From an uncultured Nitrososphaerales archaeon (GTDB lineage Archaea > Thermoproteota > Nitrososphaeria > Nitrososphaerales > Nitrososphaeraceae): DNA of 64,000 nt. The DNA lies in the NCBI GenBank assembly GCA_963695855.1, contig CAVOHZ010000008.1, positions 256,001 to 320,000 of the forward strand. The letters run 5' to 3'. Shown piece after piece: positions 55,851-64,000 of this stretch; the first letter of the stretch is position 1; every line of letters starts with the position of its first letter. The position numbers and the translations under genes are program-made. Below the pieces are notes generated by a model. That model was not told the DNA's origin and did no database searches. It saw only the letters and a program-made list of their open reading frames with translations.

Positions 55851-56093
55851 GTTCCTTTATTCTTCTTAGAATAGAAAAAGATTTTCCACGTCTGAAAACA
55901 GAGATGGCTGTAGAGAAGAAACATAATTCTGAACTTGAAAAAGAAGACCAATAGAGTTATAAGGTACTATTTTTTGTAACTTAAGATGAAGGTTCATCTG
56001 TATATTCAGCAAGTTTCTGTGAACTAAAATATTCTAAATACTACGGTTCTATTATATTGTATTAACAATATTATTTGTATGGATATTCCCTTC

Positions 56094-56107
56094 GTCGGGA
56101 GTTGACC
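56094..56107 (+). repeat. Partial att-like core with arm-C-type junction
   Basis: GTCGGGAGTTGACC. Confidence 0.5.
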
Positions 56108-56217
56108 AGACATAGTTTTAGTGCTCGATTACAAATTTATATTATAAACTAAATGTCCTTTCTCTATGATTGAAAAAAGTGGAAAGAAGAAGAGGTTGAT
56201 GATAATGATGATTAAAG

Positions 56218-56334
56218 GGCGCTGTTAACTTGATAAAGTAATAGGTATGTTCTACACTTTTATATTATGTTCTGTGCTCAATTTCAGAAGAATTTTTCAA
56301 TTTATTTCATAAATTTTCCTTAACTTACAGAGCC
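56218..56334. mobile_element. Possible IS6-derived MITE-like remnant
   Basis: GGCGCTGTTAACTT...TTAACTTACAGAGCC resemble the IS6 ends in this window; no ORF between them. Confidence 0.45.
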
Positions 56335-56876
56335 ACCTTGCATATTGCTTTTATTATCATAAACTTATTTTAAAATTGTTTTTGAAATTCAAATGAACGA
56401 AATTATCGGCTATATTTGGGCTTGGCTTAATTCTTATTATAGCAGTAGTCAATAATATAATAAAATTAGTTTTTGATTACTTAAAATTACTTAATTTCAA
56501 ATCCAATTTTAGAATTAAAATAACTACTATTAAGTATCAATTATATAATATCAAATAATATTTGCTCATCTCATTCACATAAACAAAAAAGTTTATAATT
56601 CAAAATACAAAGAGGAAGCATTATAATAACTTATACACTTCTGCTATTACCTTTTGGTTGAAGGTGTACTGTATCTAATTTGTTCCTTTAATAATACGAA
56701 TTATCGTATCTTAAATTACTAGAATTATTTTAATTTCCAACGTTATTATTAATAGTAACAAGAATTAAAAAAATTTATTAATATCAAATTATTCGTTATA
56801 GCATAAAAATGTGATTAAGAGTAAGATATTTTTTTATAACTAATTGCAATATATTAATTTATAAGATTCAAAGAGA

Positions 56877-57647
56877 TTATCTGAGAGGGTTATGACGCTG
56901 CGCCCAGTCAATTATTGAACCATCATATACTCTTACATTATGGAAGCCAGCCTGCTTTAATTGCAAGTATTTATGAGAAGCTCTAGCACCAGAGTGACAA
57001 TAGCATATAACCTCCTTGTCATTAGTAATTCCATTATGCTCAAAATCCTTTTGTAATTCTTCTTTACTTTTGAGTATAGTAATACCATTACTATCTAGTC
57101 CTTCTTCCCAACTATGTAATATAGAACCTGGAATTCTAGCCTGCATATGTTCCTGAGGAGTTCTTGAATCAACAATTACGGTCTTGGTATCATTTTGTTT
57201 CGTTTTAATCATCTCTTCATCTGCTCTGATTGTAGAATTTGGTTTAGATATAAATTGAGTATGATTAATAGGTGGAACAGCACGAGTAATTGGCAACCCT
57301 GCTTTCTGCCATGTATTGAATCCAATATCTAAGAGCTTTGTATTTGTATGACCATGATACATCAAAGTCCAGACTATTCTTGCTGCTGAAGGATCCATAT
57401 ATTCACCATAAACTACAACTGTTTTAGTGTCATCAATACCAAGATCACCAAAAATCTTTTCGGCAGTTGGACTATCTACTACCAAGTTTGCCCCGTTATT
57501 AGCAAGTGAAATTATACGCTCAACTCCAAGGACTCTTGCATTTTTAATGTGTCCAAACCTATATGACAGATTTCCCCGGCCATCTATAACTACCAATTCA
57601 GGATCATCTAGATGTGCTACGAGCCATTTATTATCTACAGTTACCAT
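56877..57647 (-). CDS. Two-domain rhodanese/sulfurtransferase
   Basis: GHIKNA, DSRT...ARIPGS, active-site CYCHSGARA, VYDGSIIDW. Confidence 0.92.
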   Translation of the reverse strand: MVTVDNKWLVAHLDDPELVVIDGRGNLSYRFGHIKNARVLGVERIISLANNGANLVVDSPTAEKIFGDLGIDDTKTVVVYGEYMDPSAARIVWTLMYHGHTNTKLLDIGFNTWQKAGLPITRAVPPINHTQFISKPNSTIRADEEMIKTKQNDTKTVIVDSRTPQEHMQARIPGSILHSWEEGLDSNGITILKSKEELQKDFEHNGITNDKEVICYCHSGARASHKYLQLKQAGFHNVRVYDGSIIDWAQRHNPLR

Positions 57648-57829
57648 ATTATATAGTATAACTATCTAATCTATATTTGATTAGTTTTCTTTAACATCAT
57701 CTTTTTTATTTTTTATAAATTTGCATAGGATCTGTACGAGATATAAAGTAGAATTCATGCTTACATCTTAGGATAGACATACTACGAAGTAGCAGAATGG
57801 TAGTGATGTTGTTAATAAGTAATTGCCTT

Positions 57830-58121
57830 AGAGCTATCTCAAAATTATCATCCTATAAACAATTATGCTATTTCCTAATTGCACAAGACCAAGATACTTT
57901 TCTACCTTCTTTTCATATCTTGTAAACAATTTCCTGTATCTGTTATGCCATGAGTTTGTTCTCTCAAGTACCCGTCTTCCTGCAGGATATTTCTTGTTCA
58001 GTTTCTTTTCTTCTCGTCTATGGCGTATATGTGGAATGTATCCTCTCTTGACAATTTCTTGTTCTACTTCTCTGGAATGATATGCCCTGTCAAGACATAG
58101 ATTCTGTTTCTGCATCCTCAA
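57830..58121 (-). pseudogene. IS5-family orfB 3' fragment
   Basis: Inverted near-identical copy of 42119-42395. Confidence 0.85.
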
Positions 58122-58380
58122 ATATCCTGAAAATTCAATTAAAGATTTAAGAACACTACGTGGTTAAAGAATACAAAATCTTCTATACATCAGACGGAAG
58201 CAAAAGCATTTTTCATGTTTGAAGAATTTGGGGTATAATACCCTATTATTTGATTGGGCCAAAGCAACAGACATATGTTTAGACCGAATTTTATAAGTCA
58301 TTAATTCAAATGCTAACTTAAGAATTTCAACGGATCTCTTAATGAATCGTCTAATTACCTTAACTAAATATATCTAAATG

Positions 58381-58482
58381 AGGTGAACCCAAGGAAAGTG
58401 CGGGCACGTCGGGAGTAATACCGATAGCGGTGCAAAAATAAGAGTCTAATGTATGGTAAAAGAGATATTATTTAAGATTTTC
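58381..58482 (+). repeat. att-like site: left arm, core and arm A
   Basis: GGTGAACCCAAGGAAAGTGCGGGCACGTCGGGAGTAATACCGATAGCGGTGCAAAAATAAGAGTCTAATGTATGG. Confidence 0.92.
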
Positions 58483-58538
58483 TTTACATCTTAATATTGA
58501 TAACAAAGTTGAATTTTACTACTTATTAATATAATATT

Positions 58539-59000
58539 TTAAGCACTTTTTGACACAGATGCATTTTCAGTACTATCTTTCCTGTTGGATTTTCCTTTTC
58601 CTTTTGTTATTTTTCCTTTTGTTATTCTTAAAAGCATTTCTCTCATTTCCTGCTTTTCTCTATCAGTTAGTTTCTCATCTATTAGATCTATGACAAAAAG
58701 CCACAGCGTTGCTCCAATTTTATTCTCTTTAAATAATGCTTCAGAATCTACCTTCAATTGATTCTTTCTATGCCAGTAGCCTATAATGATTGAAAGAGGT
58801 ATATATATAGCGAAGAATATCAAAGCAAATCCGATTATATTTCCTCCTATGAACGAATTTATGAAAGGAACCTTATCAATCAACAATTTATATTGAATAA
58901 CGATAAACTCTGAAAATGTTATCAAAAAAATAAGATATATCCCATTTCCTTGTCTAAAATCCAACCATCTTCTGCGAAAAAAATTATTATTTACTTTCAT
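58539..59000 (-). CDS. Two-TM thaumarchaeal hypothetical membrane protein
   Basis: FRRRWLDFRQG...YIPLSIIIGYWHRKNQLKVD. Confidence 0.75.
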   Translation of the reverse strand: MKVNNNFFRRRWLDFRQGNGIYLIFLITFSEFIVIQYKLLIDKVPFINSFIGGNIIGFALIFFAIYIPLSIIIGYWHRKNQLKVDSEALFKENKIGATLWLFVIDLIDEKLTDREKQEMREMLLRITKGKITKGKGKSNRKDSTENASVSKSA

Positions 59001-59075
59001 TATATTTTTAGTTCTATTTTTTAGATTAATTGTTTATTTGTATTTTGTTATATTTATTAGTTTTTTTTTACTTAG

Positions 59076-59492
59076 AGGCTATCACAAAAATAGATAAGAA
59101 TATAGTTCTTTGGTTCCTATATTACAATGATAATTGAATAACAGGTTCTTTGGTTCCTATATTACAATGATAATTGAATAACAGCAGCAAGACTAAACGT
59201 CACATTAGAACAATTATATGCATTCCAGATAATCTTTGGAACGAAATTAAATATTTTACCTGTTGAAAAATCAGACATACATAGGTCGTCCAATTGTTAT
59301 TTATCGAAAAGGATTTCATGGTATCAGATTTGTATTGAGAACCGGATGTCAATGGAAATTGTTACACAAAGAATTTGGTTATGGTTATACATCTCATAGA
59401 AGATTTCAAGAATGGACACAATCAGGTATTTTTGATACATGATGAACCAGACTACTAAAATTATACGATTTAAAGAAAGGAATCAGATGGAA
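59076..59492 (+). pseudogene. IS5-family left end and orfA remnant, containing a 40-bp tandem duplication (59105-59184)
   Basis: Homologous to 14653-15020 (LRTGCQWKLL). Confidence 0.8.
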
Positions 59493-59646
59493 AGTTACTT
59501 TATAACAGAATGAGATTGTAAGAATAATAAGGGAAAAACTGAGATCTATAAAAACATTGAGCATCAAATTGTCAACGTCGAAAAATTATAAATAAATAGT
59601 TATACATGAATAATAATGATTAAATGAGACTAAAAAAATGAAAAAA

Positions 59647-60054
59647 TTAAAATCGATGAGATTGTTGTTGTTGTCTTGATAGATCTGTTAGTCCTTGAAA
59701 CAATTCTTCTTTGTCAAGACCATCACTTAAATCAATTCTAGCGTTTTGCTTTATATTATCCAAAATAACATCAGCAAAATTGTCTAATTTGTCGATATCT
59801 TTTATAGCCGTTATTTCTGACAATTGTTTTATCAAATCATAACGGTTTACATTATCTTGTGTTGTTTTAAATTTTTGTTTCTCATTCTCATCAAATTGGT
59901 CAGTCACATCTTTTGGTAAAGCAGATAAAAGACCTGATGCAGCCTTGGGAGTAGATTTCTTAAGAAACATTTTGGTTGCACCATTAACTGCCATACTCGC
60001 TATGTTTGGATCTATACCAAATGATTGTGCCAGCATTCCTATCATGTTTTGCAT
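59647..60054 (-). CDS. Helical hypothetical protein
   Basis: 135-aa ORF with ATG start and normal composition. Confidence 0.7.
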   Translation of the reverse strand: MQNMIGMLAQSFGIDPNIASMAVNGATKMFLKKSTPKAASGLLSALPKDVTDQFDENEKQKFKTTQDNVNRYDLIKQLSEITAIKDIDKLDNFADVILDNIKQNARIDLSDGLDKEELFQGLTDLSRQQQQSHRF

Positions 60055-60399
60055 ATTTTACTATATATAATAGTCATTGTTATAGATAAATTTTCCGAAA
60101 ATTTTTAATATTATTGAACTTATTATTTAATGTAAAAATGAGATAAAATAATGGAATAATTGACATTTAGCACATAAAGTTATTTATGATAAAAATATGG
60201 AGGGTTAGAGAATATGAGTTTAAATCTGTGACAGCGATATCACTTTTACATTCTGAAAATATTGTGAACTCCAAGAAAGTATAAGAGAATAAAAAGTATT
60301 ATGTAATAGTAAATTATTTCTTAATTTTAGTACATAATACTGAAATTAGTTATAATAAATTTGTATAGTTTGGTAAAAATAATATTAATAATAGTTATT

Positions 60400-60618
60400 A
60401 TGAACGATTTAAAAAGAACAAAAGTTAAATCAAAAATAACATTAAATCTACATAATAGAATTAATAAAAAATTATTTGTTACTAAGACATTTTTATATTG
60501 CAATACTTGTGGAAAAAGTATTAAGAAAAGTCCAATATTGGGTCATATGTTCATAGAATATTTTTGTACTAAAAAATGCCTTATTCAAAAACATAAGACA
60601 TATTTGGAAAAGCCATAG
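60400..60618 (+). CDS. Small basic Cys-motif (TRASH/zinc-like) protein
   Basis: CNTCGKSI...YFCTKKCLIQKH. Confidence 0.55.
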   Translation: MNDLKRTKVKSKITLNLHNRINKKLFVTKTFLYCNTCGKSIKKSPILGHMFIEYFCTKKCLIQKHKTYLEKP

Positions 60619-61036
60619 TTCTTCTATGAAGAAAATTCAATAGACTCAGTTGGACGAAGAGGTATTTTTGCCTCTATTTTGTTACTCTTATAATAATTAA
60701 CATCAAATAAATTTCATTAACTTGAATTATCAAGGATGTAATTATATTTAGTATAAAATATGATCAAATAAAGTATCCTAGATTTATTAGCTAAATTATT
60801 TCCTAATAAAATTGCTTATTTTTCTTTTGTAAATGTGATACTCCAAATTTTTGAATCCAATTCCGTACAGATATATATATAAATCTATTTTCTTAACACA
60901 GACATTGTAAGCCTCATCTACATATAGATTATCTTTACTGCGTATAGCAGCCTCAGATGGTCAAAGAACTCTCCTTGGTATAATAACAGATTACCGATGA
61001 ATATGTTTATTTATATCATTTATTTATTAAAAATTA

Positions 61037-61606
61037 ATGACAGGTACAATACTTGTAAGTATTTTAGCTTTAGTATTTGCTGTTTTGATTTCAGCTAATT
61101 TTCTTGATAATTCACAAGAACAGATAACAGGTGATCTTTCTCTCTATAAATCAATAGAAAGAGAGGGAATTTCTCTTCATGTTCCATCTGATTGGAAAGA
61201 ATTAGCTACTGAAAATGAAAATCAGCTAATTAGAATTTCATCTTCTGATGGAAATTCTTTTATTACTATCAATAGGTATGATTCAGGACCCATAAATGAA
61301 GTTTTAACAAAAAGAGTGAATGAATTTGTAAAATATTTACCAGGAATTGAATTTTATAATATAGAAGTTAACTCAAATCCATTGGAATTTAAGACTATTC
61401 AATCTCAATATATCATACAAGCTGGCTCTATTCAAGAGGAAAATAATTCGAAACTTTTGCATTATGAAAAAGGATATATGATGCATAATAGTCCATTAAT
61501 GATTACCCTTTATTATGCTGGCTTGGATGAATCTTATTATAATAACAGTCCCATTGCTGATAGTATTATCGAATCGCTAAAGATTGATCCTCAAGCATTT
61601 GGATAA
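61037..61606 (+). CDS. Membrane-anchored PsbP/Mog1-like protein
   Basis: N-terminal TM; GISLHVPSDW...IIESLKI pattern. Confidence 0.65.
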   Translation: MTGTILVSILALVFAVLISANFLDNSQEQITGDLSLYKSIEREGISLHVPSDWKELATENENQLIRISSSDGNSFITINRYDSGPINEVLTKRVNEFVKYLPGIEFYNIEVNSNPLEFKTIQSQYIIQAGSIQEENNSKLLHYEKGYMMHNSPLMITLYYAGLDESYYNNSPIADSIIESLKIDPQAFG

Positions 61607-62401
61607 TTGAGTTACTTCACAATTAATTAAACATTTATCGTTTTTTATCTAAATTTATAAAGAACTAGGTTTATATTTTGTATTTTTTTTAAGTTTAAAA
61701 TTTTTAAAAAATGTAAATTTGTATTAATTTAAAATGTGCTGATAATATATTTTGAAAGATCCTAAAATTAAGTCATATGCATTGATTAACCTGATGTATA
61801 AAATATGAAAATTGATAGCGCATTAATCATTATAAATTAATATTATGAAACTAGAGATAAACGCATTAAAATATAATTACAAGAAATTAATTAATATCTT
61901 TCTATTTTGGTGTTTCTTTGATAACCCCACATTTCTGACATTGTTCATATTTTATGTTTTCATAGGAACCATAGTGGGACTCAAAAGTACAATCAGATTT
62001 TTTTCAGTAATTGATGATATTTCTCTAACGTTAATTATAAAATTAAGATTTGTTGAGGTTGTTAGATTGTCTTGCTTTTCTTGTGCGTAAGCATTAATGG
62101 TTGTAACAGCAATTATAAAAAAAATACTAAAGAAAATACTGATTGCTACCAGTTTAGTTACTTTCATCTAAAATTTTCAGATAATTATATCTTTTAAAGA
62201 TATTGAAAATAAACGATATACTGATTATATAGCATAGTCTAAAACTAGAAATTTAGAAAAAATTATTAAAAATAAAGAAAATGACAGAGTATAGACAATT
62301 ATTTTATAAACTCATTCTTCTGAAAATAGAAATAAGAATTAACCCCACCTGAAAGACCCTGACTGTCTCCTGTCTTACCTTCATCTATTGCCTTCAATGC
62401 A

Positions 62402-63572
62402 TATCAGTCAAGTGGCTTGGTTAATGTCATATCCTTTTAACTAACAGGTCTAAATTATTGAATAGGTAAAGCTTAAGGTATCCTGAATATCATAATTCTA
62501 TGTACCATGGTTCTACTACCAAACTCAACCTCACCACAGGACAGAAGAACAGTCTAAAGTCGTTGATGAAATATAGTACCGACAAGAAGCATTATCGCAG
62601 ATTAATGGCAATACTTCAGAAGAGCAACGGTAGAACTTTTGCAGATATAGCAAAGGAACATGGTGTCAGTATCAGGTCAGTTCAAAGATGGATATCGGCA
62701 TATCTCCAGATAGGAACAAAAGGATTGGAGATAAGGAAACCAGGTGGTACAAAATTCCGTATAACAGATGAGGATAGAGAGACTATACTTTCTGTACTTT
62801 TTAACGATCCCAATATTTTTGGTTACATCAGAAACACCTGGAGTCTGAGGTCACTGGCAAAGTGTCTTACAGAAGAACTTGACATTCCAATCAGTTTCAA
62901 ACACCTTCAAAGGATACTGAAGGACATGGGTATCAGATGTAAGAGACCCAAGCTTGAACTTGAACATGGAGCTGATTATGAAGAGGGAAAGAAACAGATA
63001 AAGAACTACAAACAAGTAGCATCAGCTCTCAAAAAAAGAAAGTGATGTTGGTCTTTGAAGATGAAACTATAGTAACACAGAAGCCATGTATAAGAAAGTC
63101 AATGAGTTTTGAAGGTGAACAACAAAAAATTAGGCATAACGGTAGTAGAAAGAAATTCTCAATGTACATATCCATGCTATGGCCTGAACAGAATCTGTTG
63201 TATGATTTCTATGACAGATCAAATTCCACCAATGCTATAAACCATTTAGAGAATCTCAAGATACATGTAATGAAAAATAATGGTTGGAAAAGAATTGTAC
63301 TGGTATGGGATAACGCTTCATTTCACCTAAGCAAGATGACAAAAAAATATATCAATGGACAGAAAAAAGACTGGCTCAGTATAATACACCTTCCAAAGAG
63401 GGCGCCATACCTTAATCCAAATGAGAGAAAAGTAAACCAGAAGATAAAATCAGATGTGTGTGCAAATAGATTCTATACCAATATAGAAGAACAAAAAGAT
63501 GCAATATCAGAATATCTGGATAAGAGATTTGGAAGATGGTGTAACGACATTCATGATGACACTTGACTTATA
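62402..63572 (+). mobile_element. IS630-family element (orfA 62500-63045, orfB 63042-63566, A-run frameshift site)
   Basis: FEDET, WDNASFH, APYLNPNE; imperfect inverted repeats TATCAGTCAAGTGGC / GACACTTGACTTATA. Confidence 0.9.
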
Positions 63573-64000
63573 AATTTACCTTCACTATCAAATTTTTGAA
63601 TATTTTGATGCGAATATTCAGCAACATATATGTTATTCATAAAATCTACATCCATACTTTCAGGTTGCAGGAATTTACCAGGACCTTTTCCTTTAGTACC
63701 CCATTTGGTGATAAATTTTCCACTGGCATCAAATTTCTGAATATTACAGTTCTCTGCATCGCTAACATACACATTATCTTCAGAATCGATGGTTATACCA
63801 TGAGCATGCAGAAACTGTCCATCATCGGATCCTACTGTACCCCAACTATCTATTAAATTTCCATCTTGATCAAATTTTTTTACAAAGTGAAAATCTGAAA
63901 AATAGGAATCAGAACTTGCATCATTACCGGAATACAAAACAGATTCAATTTGGTTATTGATACAATTCTCTTTAGTCCCCTCCTCCGAATTTTGGGTGGT
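63573..64000 (-). pseudogene. NHL-repeat beta-propeller gene interrupted by IS630; 5' part runs off the window
   Basis: Repeats GQFLHAHGITIDSEDNVYVSD...IQKFD; frame is open to 64000. Confidence 0.85.

Noticed and set aside
2536-58482. Dispersed repeats as a CRISPR array or classical integron attC sites
   Set aside because: Spacing is hundreds to thousands of bp in both orientations; no consistent RYYYAAC...GTTRRRY long hairpin was seen and the integrase is not recognisably IntI.
62335-62400. GC-richer patch resembling an IS200/IS605 right end
   Set aside because: No tnpA/tnpB nearby and no convincing hairpin; too weak to call.

Overview
AT-rich, heavily IS-scarred accessory region, most likely from a soil ammonia-oxidising archaeon (Nitrososphaeraceae-like; inferred from the gene families). 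It holds endonuclease V, a KaiC/RAD55-type ATPase, two class III cyclases, a CDF transporter, several F420-dependent oxidoreductases, a rhodanese, a visibly GC-richer grpE-dnaK-dnaJ island, many IS6/IS5/IS630/IS481 copies and remnants, an orphan four-repeat CRISPR mini-array and a zinc-ribbon tyrosine integrase. The main unexplained structure is a dispersed family of more than 20 modular sites built on a core (CGGGCCCGTCGGGAGT) whose reverse complement looks like a tRNA 3' end. The core is joined to interchangeable left and right arms. The best copy lies about 70 bp upstream of the integrase, several sites bracket single genes, and one small gene module is duplicated with a breakpoint at the core. 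This suggests an integrase-driven, tRNA-att-derived gene-cassette shuffling system (inference). All alignments and coordinates were read by eye; no searches were run.
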